DNA of 64,000 nucleotides from Escherichia coli (GTDB lineage Bacteria; Pseudomonadota; Gammaproteobacteria; Enterobacterales; Enterobacteriaceae): NCBI RefSeq assembly GCF_013122565.1, contig NZ_CP053258.1; one strand, 5' to 3'. Shown piece by piece: positions 41,693 to 52,332 of this stretch (position 1 is its first letter; each line of letters starts with the position of its first letter). The notes under the pieces were generated by a model. It saw only the letters and a program-made list of their open reading frames with translations, ran no database searches and was not told where the DNA came from. The position numbers and the translations under genes were made by a program.

Positions 41693-41747
41693 AGAAAAGC
41701 CCCGAGTGATATTTTACTATCAACCCGAGGCCTCCTATATGCAGAAC
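41693..41747 (-). ncRNA. sokC: Sok antisense RNA of the hok/sok locus (sokC)
   Basis: Position projected from the recalled K-12 sokC/mokC overlap; no independent promoter mapping. Confidence 0.4.
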
Positions 41748-41948
41748 ACATGTAGAGTGCCTCTTACTGACCGTAAGGTCAAGGAGAAGAGAGCAATGAA
41801 GCAGCATAAGGCGATGATTGTCGCCCTCATCGTCATCTGTATCACCGCCGTAGTGGCGGCGCTGGTAACGAGAAAAGACCTCTGTGAGGTTCACATCCGA
41901 ACTGGCCAGACGGAGGTTGCTGTTTTCACGGCTTACGAATCCGAGTAA
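41739..41948 (+). CDS. mokC: MokC, in-frame N-terminally extended reading frame of hokC
   Basis: ATG at 41739 in frame with hokC gives 69 aa; ORF-track entry 41706..41948 starts at an upstream GTG. Confidence 0.55.
   Translation: MQNTCRVPLTDRKVKEKRAMKQHKAMIVALIVICITAVVAALVTRKDLCEVHIRTGQTEVAVFTAYESE
41796..41948 (+). CDS. hokC: Hok-family type I toxin HokC (Gef-like membrane peptide)
   Basis: 50-aa peptide MKQHKAMIVALIVICITAVVAALVTRKDLCEVHIRTGQTEVAVFTAYESE, a Hok-family signature. Confidence 0.85.
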   Translation: MKQHKAMIVALIVICITAVVAALVTRKDLCEVHIRTGQTEVAVFTAYESE

Positions 41949-42051
41949 GAGCAACGGCGGGGAGTGATCCCCGCCACTTTACAGGTGCTCGCATATCTTC
42001 AACGCACCCTATTTTTACCCAGGCCTGCCCACGAGCAGGCTTTTGGGGAGG

Positions 42052-43182
42052 TTAGCGGGTCAGGTCGTCAAAAAACTTCTTCACACCATCAAAGAAGCTC
42101 TTTGAGCGCGGGCTGTTGTGCTCGCCGGTTGGGCCACCGAAGCTTTCTTGCAGCTCTTGCAGCAGCTGTTTCTGCTTCTCGTTCAGGCCTACCGGTGTTT
42201 CGACGACAACGCGGCACAGCAAATCACCCTGTGCGCCACCGCGGACAGACTTGACGCCTTTACCGCGCATACGGAACAGCTTACCGGTCTGGGTTTCGCC
42301 AGGCACTTTCAGTTTGACGCGACCATCAAGGGTCGGTACTTCGATTTCACCCCCCAGCGCCGCCATAGCGAAGTTGATCGGGACTTCGCAATACAGGTTG
42401 TTGCCTTCACGCTCGAAAATCGGGTGCTGTTTAACCTGAACCTGAACGTACAGATCGCCTGCTGGTGCGCCATGCTCGCCCGCTTCACCTTCGCCCGCAA
42501 GACGGATGCGGTCTCCAGTGTCCACCCCTGCCGGGATTTTAACGGACAGCGTTTTGCTGCGCTCAACACGACCATGACCATGACATTTGTTGCACGGATC
42601 TTTGATCAGCGTACCGCGGCCCTGACAGTGTGGACAGGTCTGCTGCACGGCAAAGAAACCCTGGCGCATCTGCACCTGACCAGAACCATGACAGGTCGGA
42701 CAGGTCTGCGGCTGTGTACCTGGTTTTGCACCGCTACCGTGGCAAACGTCACACTCTTCCAGAGTCGGAATGCGGATCTCTTTGGTCACGCCACGTACAG
42801 CTTCTTCGAGGGTGAGCTCCATGTTATAGCGTAAATCAGCACCGCGCGCCGCACGTTGACGACCACGTCCGCCGCCAAAAATATCGCCGAAAACGTCACC
42901 AAAAATATCGCTGAAGTCTGCGCCACCGCCAAAACCGCCGCCGCCCATGCCACCTTGCTCAAACGCAGCATGACCATACTGATCGTATGCCGCACGTTTT
43001 TGTGAGTCGGTCAGAACTTCATAAGCTTCCTTGATCTCTTTAAATTTCGCCTCGGCCTCTTTGTCACCCTGGTTACGGTCCGGGTGGTATTTCATGGCCA
43101 GGCGTTTGTAGGCCTTTTTGATTTCACGCTCTTCCGCTGTTTTGGAAACGCCTAAAATCTCGTAATAATCTTGCTTAGCCAT
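42052..43182 (-). CDS. dnaJ: Molecular chaperone DnaJ
   Basis: ORF track 42052..43212; start trimmed to give 376 aa ([14 protein letters not shown]...); J-domain, G/F region and CxxCxGxG zinc-finger repeats. Confidence 0.97.
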
Positions 43183-43270
43183 CTTTTTTAAATTGCCCCT
43201 AGATGAATGCACGGGCGGAGAGGAAATTCCCCTTCGCCCGTGTCAGTATAATTACCCGTTTATAGGGCGA

Positions 43271-45187
43271 TTATTTTTTGTCTTTGACTTCTTCAAATTC
43301 AGCGTCGACAACATCGTCATCTTTCGCGTTGTTTGCAGAAGCATCAGCACCGGCAGTCTGCTGCTGGGCATGTTGCTGCTGGGCGATTTCCATCAGTTTC
43401 TGGGAAACCTGTGCCAGTTCCTGCATTTTCGCTTCGATAGCGGCTTTGTCTTCACCTTTCAGAGCAGTTTCCAGTGCAGTCAGCGCAGACTCGATAGCAG
43501 TTTTGTCGTCAGCCGGCAGTTTGTCGCCTGCTTCTTCAACCTGCTTACGGGTGCTGTGCAGCAGATGGTCGCCCTGGTTGCGAGTCTGTACCAGCTCTTC
43601 AAACTTACGGTCAGCTTCGGCGTTAGCTTCTGCGTCGCGTACCATTTTCTGGATTTCATCTTCGTTCAGACCAGAAGAAGCCTTGATGGTGATCTTCTGC
43701 TCTTTACCGCTGTTTTTATCTTTCGCGGAAACGTGCAGGATACCGTCAGCATCAATATCGAAGGTAACTTCGATCTGCGGCATGCCGCGCGGTGCCGGGT
43801 TGATACCATCCAGGTTGAACTGACCCAGAGATTTGTTATCAGCCGCACGTTTACGTTCACCCTGCAGCACGTGGATGGTTACCGCAGACTGGTTGTCTTC
43901 AGCGGTAGAGAACACCTGGCTGTGCTTGGTCGGGATAGTGGTGTTTTTCGCGATCAGCGTCGTCATCACACCGCCCATGGTTTCGATACCCAGAGACAGC
44001 GGGGTAACGTCCAGCAGCAGTACGTCTTTCACGTCACCAGTCAGAACACCACCCTGAACAGCAGCACCGATTGCTACAGCTTCGTCCGGGTTAACGTCTT
44101 TACGCGGCTCTTTACCAAAGAACTCAGCAACTTTCTTCTGAACCATTGGCATACGAGTCTGACCACCAACGAGGATAACGTCGTCGATATCAGATACGGA
44201 CAGGCCAGCGTCCTGCAGTGCAACTTTCAGCGGCTCAATGGAACGGTTTACCAGATCTTCAACCAGGCTTTCCAGTTTCGCACGAGTCACTTTGATGTTC
44301 ATGTGTTTCGGACCGGTCGCGTCTGCAGTGATGTACGGCAGGTTAACGTCGGTCTGCTGAGCAGAAGACAGTTCGATTTTCGCTTTTTCTGCCGCTTCTT
44401 TCAGGCGCTGCATTGCCAGCGGATCGTTGCGCAGGTCAATGCCCTGATCTTTCTTGAATTCTTCAACCAGGTAGTTGATCAGACGGCTGTCGAAGTCTTC
44501 ACCACCCAAGTGTGTATCACCGTTGGTTGCCAGAACTTCAAAGGTTTTTTCGCCGTCAACTTCGTCGATTTCGATAATAGAAATATCGAAAGTACCACCA
44601 CCCAGGTCATAAACCGCGATAGTACGGTTGCCAGTACCTTTGTCCAGACCGTAAGCCAGCGCAGCTGCGGTTGGTTCGTTAATGATACGTTTTACTTCCA
44701 GACCAGCGATACGGCCTGCGTCTTTCGTTGCCTGACGCTGAGCATCGTTAAAGTATGCCGGTACGGTAATAACAGCTTCAGTTACCGGTTCACCCAGGTA
44801 ATCTTCAGCGGTTTTCTTCATTTTTTTCAGCACTTCAGCAGAAATCTGCGGCGGTGCCATTTTTTGGCCTTTAACTTCGACCCATGCGTCGCCGTTATCA
44901 GCAGCAATAATTTTGAACGGCATGATGGAAACATCACGCTGTACTTCTTCGTCCTGGAAGCGGCGGCCAATCAGGCGTTTAATCGCAAACAGGGTGTTTT
45001 GCGGGTTCGTCACTGCCTGACGTTTAGCCGGCTGACCAACCAGAGTTTCACCATCCTGGGTATAGGCAATGATAGAAGGCGTGGTGCGATCGCCTTCGGC
45101 GTTCTCCAGCACACGAGGAGTGGTGCCATCCATAATCGCTACACAAGAGTTGGTAGTACCCAGGTCGATACCAATTATTTTACCCAT
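43271..45187 (-). CDS. dnaK: Molecular chaperone DnaK (Hsp70)
   Basis: 638-aa ORF ([21 protein letters not shown]...). Confidence 0.98.
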
Positions 45188-45234
45188 CTAAACGTCTCCA
45201 CTATATATTCGGTCATCATGTGGTTGTGAGTCTG

Positions 45235-45337
45235 TAATAGGGGCGAAACGTCTGGTTTCAACTGCCCAATTTCATTTTTTTGCAGACTCACTCACTGCGG
45301 TTGACTACTAAATGGGGTCGTAACCCACGTCATCAAG
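45235..45337 (-). promoter_or_regulatory. dnaK sigma-32 heat-shock promoters (P1 and P2)
   Basis: On the minus strand: CTTGATG ... CCCCATTTA (plus 45309-45337) and TTGAAA ... CCCCTATTA (plus 45235-45261), matching the sigma-32 consensus upstream of dnaK. Confidence 0.65.
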
Positions 45338-45563
45338 GGGGAGATGCAAAAATTTTTCGTGCTTTTGCGCAGAAATTTCGCGATATAGCAGGACAAGACG
45401 TAAAACTGAGAGCAATTTTATTCATATAAAGAATGAATCGCAGCCAAGGCATTCATCAAAAAATTGTAATAAAAAGAAAACATTACGTACCTGAATCTTC
45501 TCTTTATCAGCAGTAAACTAATGGGTATTCATCCCCCTACCTCTCCCTACTAAGAGAATCCTT

Positions 45564-45968
45564 ATGAAATCCGTTTTTACGATTTCCGCCAGCCTGGCGA
45601 TTAGTCTGATGCTGTGCTGCACGGCACAGGCAAACGACCATAAAATCCTCGGCGTCATTGCGATGCCACGTAACGAAACCAACGATCTGGCGCTGAAACT
45701 TCCTGTTTGTCGCATTGTTAAACGCATACAACTCTCTGCCGACCATGGCGATTTACAGTTAAGCGGTGCATCGGTTTATTTCAAAGCCGCACGTAGCGCC
45801 AGTCAGACCCTGAATATTCCTTCAGAAATAAAAGAAGGGCAAACCACTGACTGGATCAACATTAACAGTGATAACGACAATAAACGCTGCGTCTCAAAAA
45901 TCACCTTTTCTGGTCATACGGTGAACTCAACGGATATGGCCACGCTGAAAATTATCGGCGACGACTAA
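45564..45968 (+). CDS. yaaI: Secreted protein YaaI (DUF2541)
   Basis: 134-aa ORF with signal peptide, divergent from dnaK; length and position match K-12 yaaI (recalled). Confidence 0.8.
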   Translation: MKSVFTISASLAISLMLCCTAQANDHKILGVIAMPRNETNDLALKLPVCRIVKRIQLSADHGDLQLSGASVYFKAARSASQTLNIPSEIKEGQTTDWININSDNDNKRCVSKITFSGHTVNSTDMATLKIIGDD

Positions 45969-45993
45969 CGCCAGAATATAGAAGCCACAAAAA

Positions 45994-46707
45994 ATGAATG
46001 TTAATTACCTGAATGATTCAGATCTGGATTTTCTCCAGCATTGTAGTGAGGAACAGTTGGCAAATTTCGCCCGATTGCTCACCCATAATGAAAAAGGCAA
46101 AACTCGCCTCTCCAGCGTACTGATGCGCAACGAACTGTTTAAATCGATGGAAGGGCATCCCGAGCAACATCGCCGCAACTGGCAGCTGATTGCCGGAGAA
46201 TTACAGCATTTTGGTGGCGATAGTATCGCCAACAAACTGCGTGGACACGGTAAATTGTATCGGGCCATTTTGCTCGATGTTTCAAAGCGATTGAAGCTGA
46301 AAGCCGACAAAGAGATGTCTACGTTTGAGATTGAGCAACAGTTACTGGAACAATTTCTGCGTAATACCTGGAAGAAAATGGACGAGGAACATAAGCAGGA
46401 GTTTCTGCACGCGGTCGATGCCAGGGTGAATGAGCTGGAAGAGCTGCTGCCGCTGCTGATGAAAGACAAATTATTGGCAAAAGGTGTGTCGCATTTGCTT
46501 TCCAGCCAATTGACCCGCATTTTACGCACCCACGCAGCAATGAGCGTGCTTGGGCATGGTTTGCTGCGCGGCGCGGGTCTGGGAGGCCCTGTGGGTGCAG
46601 CATTAAATGGGGTTAAAGCGGTCAGCGGCAGCGCCTATCGCGTGACGATTCCAGCCGTACTGCAAATCGCCTGCCTGCGCCGGATGGTTAGCGCCACTCA
46701 GGTCTGA
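45994..46707 (+). CDS. yaaW: UPF0174 protein YaaW
   Basis: 237-aa ORF; length and position match K-12 yaaW (recalled). Confidence 0.8.
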   Translation: MNVNYLNDSDLDFLQHCSEEQLANFARLLTHNEKGKTRLSSVLMRNELFKSMEGHPEQHRRNWQLIAGELQHFGGDSIANKLRGHGKLYRAILLDVSKRLKLKADKEMSTFEIEQQLLEQFLRNTWKKMDEEHKQEFLHAVDARVNELEELLPLLMKDKLLAKGVSHLLSSQLTRILRTHAAMSVLGHGLLRGAGLGGPVGAALNGVKAVSGSAYRVTIPAVLQIACLRRMVSATQV

Positions 46708-46855
46708 TACCGGAAACCGGGGAAAATTTTCATTTTCCCCTCAAAAGATCGTAGACACTGCCCCACTGGCTGATTATTATGCCGCGCCCTGAAAACACTA
46801 CAGTTATTCAGGGAAATTATTTCACCATTCATTCGATGATGATTTTTGAGGAATT

Positions 46856-47422
46856 ATGGGCAACACTAAGTTGGCTAATCCGGCACCGCTGGGCCTGATG
46901 GGCTTCGGCATGACCACCATTCTGCTTAACCTGCACAACGTGGGTTATTTCGCTCTGGACGGTATTATTCTTGCCATGGGCATTTTCTACGGCGGCATCG
47001 CGCAAATTTTTGCCGGTCTGCTGGAGTACAAAAAAGGCAACACTTTCGGTTTAACCGCATTCACCTCTTACGGTTCTTTCTGGCTGACGCTGGTTGCGAT
47101 TCTGCTGATGCCGAAACTGGGTCTGACCGATGCGCCAAATGCACAGTTCCTTGGTGTCTACCTGGGGCTGTGGGGCGTATTTACGCTGTTTATGTTCTTC
47201 GGCACGCTGAAAGGCGCACGCGTCCTGCAATTCGTTTTCTTTAGCCTGACCGTGCTGTTTGCCCTGCTGGCGATCGGTAACATTGCCGGTAATGCCGCGA
47301 TCATCCACTTTGCCGGCTGGATTGGTCTGATCTGCGGTGCCAGCGCAATCTATCTGGCGATGGGTGAAGTGCTGAACGAGCAGTTTGGTCGCACCGTTCT
47401 GCCGATTGGTGAATCCCACTAA
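46856..47422 (+). CDS. satP: Succinate-acetate/proton symporter SatP (YaaH; GPR1/FUN34 family)
   Basis: 188-aa membrane protein with the NPAPLGL motif. Confidence 0.9.
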   Translation: MGNTKLANPAPLGLMGFGMTTILLNLHNVGYFALDGIILAMGIFYGGIAQIFAGLLEYKKGNTFGLTAFTSYGSFWLTLVAILLMPKLGLTDAPNAQFLGVYLGLWGVFTLFMFFGTLKGARVLQFVFFSLTVLFALLAIGNIAGNAAIIHFAGWIGLICGASAIYLAMGEVLNEQFGRTVLPIGESH

Positions 47423-47431
47423 TTGTTTTGA

Positions 47432-47458
47432 GATCCCCCCGCTCGGGGGGATTTTTTT
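47432..47458. terminator. Bidirectional terminator between convergent satP and mog
   Basis: cccccc-gctc-gggggg hairpin followed by a T-run; overlaps the mog stop codon. Confidence 0.7.
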
Positions 47459-48047
47459 ATTCGCTAACGTCGCGTCTTGCACTCTTCGGTCTGAATGCAG
47501 CAACCACTTCTGGTGCCGTTTCAACGTATGGCCCTTCCAGCAACTGAATGCAGTACGGTACGCTGGCAAAAATACCGTGTACCACAACGTTACCCTCAGC
47601 GTCCTTCACACCTTCCAGCGTCTCTTTAATAGACTTCGGCTGACCGGGTAAGTTAAGGATCAGCGCCTGTTTGCGAATCACGCCCACCTGACGCGAAAGG
47701 ATCGCAGTTGGTACAAAATGCAGGCTGATCTGGCGCATCTGTTCACCAAAGCCAGGCATCTCGCGGTCCGCTACTGCCAGCGTCGCATCGGGCGTTACGT
47801 CACGACGCGCCGGGCCAGTTCCGCCCGTGGTGAGCACCAGATGGCAACTCATTTCATCCACCAGCTCACACAACGTTTGCTCGATGATCGCCTGCTCATC
47901 GGGGATTAAGCGGGTTTCCAGTTCAAACGGCGTGGTTAGCGCCGATGTCAGCCATTCTTCCAGCGCAGGGATGCCTTTATCCTGATAAACGCCGCTGGAT
48001 GCGCGATCAGAGATGGAAACTAAGCCAATACGTAAAGTATTCATCAA
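47457..48047 (-). CDS. mog: Molybdopterin adenylyltransferase Mog
   Basis: 196-aa ORF (MNTLRIGLVSISDRAS...TTGGTG); MogA/MoaB fold. Confidence 0.93.
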   Translation of the reverse strand: MMNTLRIGLVSISDRASSGVYQDKGIPALEEWLTSALTTPFELETRLIPDEQAIIEQTLCELVDEMSCHLVLTTGGTGPARRDVTPDATLAVADREMPGFGEQMRQISLHFVPTAILSRQVGVIRKQALILNLPGQPKSIKETLEGVKDAEGNVVVHGIFASVPYCIQLLEGPYVETAPEVVAAFRPKSARRDVSE

Positions 48048-48158
48048 GATTTTTCCGTTTAAACAGTCTCGTTAAACAGAATGATACACTGCGAAGGGAG
48101 TGACAGACAGGCTTCAGAAGAGGTAGCGTGACCGACTTCCCGGTCACGCTAAGAATGA

Positions 48159-49112
48159 TTACAGCAGATCGCCGATCATTTTTTCCAGTTTTTCCTGGTC
48201 AATAGCAAACTTACGGATACCTTCCGCCAGTTTATCTACTGCCATTGGATCCTGGTTGTGCTGCCACAGGAACTCGGACTCAGTGATACGCGCCGGACGC
48301 GCTTTCACTTCGCCGGTGTAAGACAGTTTACGTTCGATAGCCCCTTCGCTCTCCGCCAGCTCTTTCAGCAGTGCCGGTGCGATGGTCAGACGGTCACAGC
48401 CTGCCAGTTCCAGAATTTCGCCGATGTTACGGAAGCTTGCGCCCATAACCACGGTTTCATAACCGTGCTCTTTGTAGTACTGGTAGATTTCAGATACAGA
48501 AACCACGCCCGGATCTTCTGCCGGAGCGTACTCTTTCTTATCGGTATTCGCTTTGTACCAGTCAAGAATACGGCCAACAAACGGCGAGATCAGGAACACG
48601 CCCGCTTCCGCACAAGCACGAGCCTGAGCGAAGGAGAACAGCAGGGTCAGGTTACAGTTGATGCCTTCTTTTTCCAGCTGTTCCGCAGCACGGATACCCT
48701 GCCAGGTAGAAGCCAGTTTGATCAGAATACGATCGTTGCTAATACCTGCATCGTTGTAGAGTTTGATCAGGCGTTTTGCTTTCGCAATTGACGCTTCGGT
48801 GTCATAGGAAAGACGCGCATCAACTTCAGTTGAGATACGGCCCGGAACCAGTTTCAGGATTTCCAGACCAATATTTACTGCCAGTTTGTCGGTCGCGTCC
48901 ACGATCTGCTGCGCGCGATCGTTGCTCTGCTGTTTCGCCCAGGCGACAGCATCATCAATCAACTTACGGTATTCCGGAATCTGCGCTGCGTTAAGAATGA
49001 GAGAAGGGTTGGTTGTGGCATCCTGCGGTTGATACAGCTTCATTGCCGCGATGTCCCCAGTGTCGGCCACTACGGTGGTGTACTGACGAAGGGAGGTCAA
49101 TTTGTCCGTCAT
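48159..49112 (-). CDS. talB: Transaldolase B
   Basis: ORF track 48159..49175; start trimmed to give 317 aa ([20 protein letters not shown]...). Confidence 0.95.
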
Positions 49113-49390
49113 GATAGTATTTCTCTTTAAACAGCTTGTTAGGGGGATGTAACCGGTCTGCCCTGATGATATCACGACGCAACGTCAGCGCAACCGCCGA
49201 CAAGACGGTTATCGCCAGGCGAGACTGTTTCGGATTTCTGACACTGCGTTGATATCGCCCGCCATTTTTAAACAAAACCTCATGTATGCTACGCAGAAGT
49301 TATCAAGTACCTCGTAGCGTATATAATTCTTAAACAATTGGTAACGTTTACACAGGAAAGTCATCGCGACCGGCAATAAGAGGGATATGC

Positions 49391-50821
49391 ATGCCAGATT
49401 TTTTCTCCTTTATTAACAGCGTCCTTTGGGGATCGGTAATGATTTACCTGCTCTTCGGCGCAGGTTGTTGGTTCACTTTTCGCACCGGATTTGTGCAGTT
49501 TCGCTACATCCGCCAGTTTGGCAAAAGTCTTAAAAATAGCATTCATCCACAGCCAGGCGGTTTAACCTCATTTCAGTCATTGTGTACCAGTCTTGCGGCG
49601 CGCGTGGGTAGCGGCAACCTGGCTGGCGTTGCGCTGGCTATTACCGCCGGTGGACCTGGAGCCGTCTTCTGGATGTGGGTTGCTGCGTTTATCGGCATGG
49701 CGACCTCGTTTGCCGAATGTTCCCTGGCACAACTATATAAAGAACGTGACGTCAATGGGCAGTTTCGTGGCGGACCGGCATGGTATATGGCGCGCGGGCT
49801 GGGGATGCGCTGGATGGGCGTTCTGTTCGCCGTCTTTTTGCTCATCGCCTACGGCATAATTTTCAGCGGAGTTCAGGCGAACGCCGTTGCCCGCGCCCTA
49901 AGTTTTTCTTTTGATTTTCCTCCGCTGGTGACAGGCATTATTCTCGCTGTCTTTGCTCTGCTGGCAATCACTCGAGGTCTTCATGGCGTCGCCCGGCTCA
50001 TGCAAGGGTTTGTCCCGTTGATGGCGATAATCTGGGTGCTGACCAGCCTGGTGATTTGCGTAATGAATATCGGGCAACTTCCCCACGTCATTTGGTCTAT
50101 TTTTGAGAGTGCTTTTGGCTGGCAGGAAGCGGCAGGCGGCGCGGCGGGATATACCTTAAGCCAGGCGATTACTAACGGTTTTCAGCGCAGTATGTTTTCC
50201 AATGAGGCGGGAATGGGTTCGACGCCAAACGCGGCAGCAGCAGCGGCGTCCTGGCCTCCGCATCCGGCAGCGCAAGGAATTGTCCAGATGATTGGCATTT
50301 TTATCGACACCCTGGTCATCTGTACGGCAAGCGCCATGCTGATATTACTGGCGGGTAACGGCACAACCTACATGCCGCTGGAAGGTATTCAGCTTATCCA
50401 GAAGGCGATGCGGGTGCTAATGGGTTCCTGGGGTGCTGAGTTTGTTACCCTCGTGGTTATTCTGTTTGCCTTCAGCTCCATCGTTGCCAACTACATTTAT
50501 GCCGAAAACAATCTCTTCTTTTTACGCCTGAATAACCCTAAAGCGATCTGGTGTTTGCGGATCTGCACCTTCGCAACGGTCATCGGCGGCACCTTGCTAA
50601 GTCTTCCGCTGATGTGGCAACTGGCAGATATCATAATGGCCTGCATGGCTATTACCAATTTGACCGCCATTTTACTGCTCTCGCCTGTAGTTCATACCAT
50701 TGCCAGTGATTATCTACGCCAGCGTAAACTCGGCGTGCGCCCGGTGTTTGAACCGTTGCGTTATCCGGATATCGGTCGCCAGCTTTCTCCGGACGCGTGG
50801 GATGATGTTTCGCAGGAGTAA
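49391..50821 (+). CDS. yaaJ: Alanine/glycine:sodium symporter-family transporter YaaJ
   Basis: 476-aa polytopic membrane protein; length and position match K-12 yaaJ (recalled). Confidence 0.88.
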   Translation: MPDFFSFINSVLWGSVMIYLLFGAGCWFTFRTGFVQFRYIRQFGKSLKNSIHPQPGGLTSFQSLCTSLAARVGSGNLAGVALAITAGGPGAVFWMWVAAFIGMATSFAECSLAQLYKERDVNGQFRGGPAWYMARGLGMRWMGVLFAVFLLIAYGIIFSGVQANAVARALSFSFDFPPLVTGIILAVFALLAITRGLHGVARLMQGFVPLMAIIWVLTSLVICVMNIGQLPHVIWSIFESAFGWQEAAGGAAGYTLSQAITNGFQRSMFSNEAGMGSTPNAAAAAASWPPHPAAQGIVQMIGIFIDTLVICTASAMLILLAGNGTTYMPLEGIQLIQKAMRVLMGSWGAEFVTLVVILFAFSSIVANYIYAENNLFFLRLNNPKAIWCLRICTFATVIGGTLLSLPLMWQLADIIMACMAITNLTAILLLSPVVHTIASDYLRQRKLGVRPVFEPLRYPDIGRQLSPDAWDDVSQE

Positions 50822-50890
50822 TCACAACTATCGATCAACTCATTCTCTTTTTTTGCTAAAGTCGGCATAAATTTCCTGCAAGGACTGGAT

Positions 50891-51667
50891 ATGCTGATTC
50901 TTATTTCACCTGCGAAAACGCTTGATTACCAAAGCCCGTTGACCACCTCGCGCTATACGCTGCCGGAACTGTTAGACAATTCCCAGCAGTTGATCCATGA
51001 AGCGCGGAAACTGACGCCTCCGCAGATTAGCACGCTGATGCGCATCAGCGACAAACTGGCGGGTATCAACGCCGCTCGCTTTCATGACTGGCAGCCAGAT
51101 TTCACGCCGGAGAATGCCCGCCAGGCGATTCTGGCGTTTAAAGGTGATGTCTACACCGGCTTGCAGGCCGAAACCTTCAGCGAAGACGATTTCGATTTTG
51201 CCCAACAGCATTTGCGAATGCTTTCCGGCTTGTATGGCGTACTGCGCCCGCTCGATTTAATGCAGCCTTATCGTCTGGAAATGGGGATCCGTCTTGAGAA
51301 TGCCCGAGGGAAAGATCTGTATCAATTCTGGGGAGATATCATCACCAACAAGCTGAACGAGGCGCTCGCAGCACAAGGCGATAATGTGGTGATTAATCTG
51401 GCGTCAGATGAGTATTTTAAATCGGTGAAGCCGAAGAAATTGAATGCCGAGATTATCAAGCCGGTGTTCCTCGATGAGAAGAACGGCAAATTTAAGATCA
51501 TCAGCTTCTACGCTAAGAAAGCACGCGGTCTGATGAGTCGTTTCATTATTGAAAATCGGCTGACCAAACCAGAGCAACTGACTGGTTTTAATAGCGAAGG
51601 TTACTTCTTTGATGAAGCTTCCTCCAGCCATGGCGAACTGGTGTTTAAACGCTACGAGCAGCGTTAA
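50891..51667 (+). CDS. yaaA: Peroxide stress protein YaaA (DUF328)
   Basis: 258-aa ORF ([17 protein letters not shown]...). Confidence 0.9.
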   Translation: MLILISPAKTLDYQSPLTTSRYTLPELLDNSQQLIHEARKLTPPQISTLMRISDKLAGINAARFHDWQPDFTPENARQAILAFKGDVYTGLQAETFSEDDFDFAQQHLRMLSGLYGVLRPLDLMQPYRLEMGIRLENARGKDLYQFWGDIITNKLNEALAAQGDNVVINLASDEYFKSVKPKKLNAEIIKPVFLDEKNGKFKIISFYAKKARGLMSRFIIENRLTKPEQLTGFNSEGYFFDEASSSHGELVFKRYEQR

Positions 51668-51670
51668 GTT

Positions 51671-51790
51671 TGTAGTCAATGTCGGATGCGGCGTGAACAC
51701 CTTATCCGGCCTACAAAAGCATGCAGATTCAATATATTGCAGAATTCACGTAGGCCTGATAAGACGCGCCAGCGTCGCATCAGGCGCTGA
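51671..51790. repeat. REP/BIME-type palindromic repeat pair between yaaA and yaaX
   Basis: Two inverted REP-like units (gtcggatgcggcgtgaacaccttatccggcctac and gtaggcctgataagacgcgccagcgtcgcatcaggcgctg) resembling the E. coli REP consensus. Confidence 0.7.
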
Positions 51791-51819
51791 ATGGCGGACT
51801 GTTACCCGGCATTTGTTAT

Positions 51820-52119
51820 TTAGCGGTGATGTTTGCCTGGACCATTACCGCCGTGATGATCATGATGAGCTTTCTTATGGTGACGCGGCGGCGGTGGCGG
51901 CGGTCCGTGTGAGTGCCAGCGATTGCCTCGCCATTCATAATGTTGTTTCCACCAGCTGTGGTCGCGCCAGTGACCGCCATCCCAGTAATAGCCACGATTA
52001 TCACGATCGCCTATCTGTAATTTTACTGACGGGACTAACGTAATTTCCGCAGCCTGCGCTGCCATGGGAGCGACCAGAACCAGGGAAAGTGCGAGTACGA
52101 TAGATTGCATCTTTTTCAC
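51820..52119 (-). CDS. yaaX: Secreted protein YaaX (DUF2502)
   Basis: 99-aa ORF with signal peptide and a His/Trp/Pro-rich C-terminal half; position downstream of thrC matches K-12 yaaX. Confidence 0.8.
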   Translation of the reverse strand: MKKMQSIVLALSLVLVAPMAAQAAEITLVPSVKLQIGDRDNRGYYWDGGHWRDHSWWKQHYEWRGNRWHSHGPPPPPPRHHKKAHHDHHGGNGPGKHHR

Positions 52120-52332
52120 AGGTTACTCCTTTTATCATTGCCCGTTATGGGTCGATATCCGGAGATTACGCGATGAGAACGGCGGTTGTTATTCTCCGCA
52201 ATCCTAATCTCTAAGTTACCGCATTTATTGAGAATTTCTCCTTTTTCCCTGTCGTTTCTCTCCATATTTTCTTCACAAAAAAGCCGGGCTGCATAAAAGC
52301 AAACCCGGCCTGATTGAGATAATGAATAGATG

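Noticed and set aside
43183-43270. Possible small RNA in the dnaK-dnaJ spacer (a K-12 sRNA, Tpke11, is annotated around here as I recall)
   Set aside because: No promoter or terminator could be assigned from sequence alone; the 88-nt spacer may simply be the operon intergenic region.
43193-45229. 678-aa plus-strand ORF covering dnaK
   Set aside because: Antisense to dnaK; the translation is low-complexity and Phe/Val/Cys-rich; an artefact of a stop-codon-poor antisense frame.
46005-46529. 174-aa minus-strand ORF overlapping yaaW
   Set aside because: Corresponds to the doubtful antisense htgA/mbiA frame; Ser/Cys-rich low-complexity translation; yaaW on the plus strand is the supported frame.
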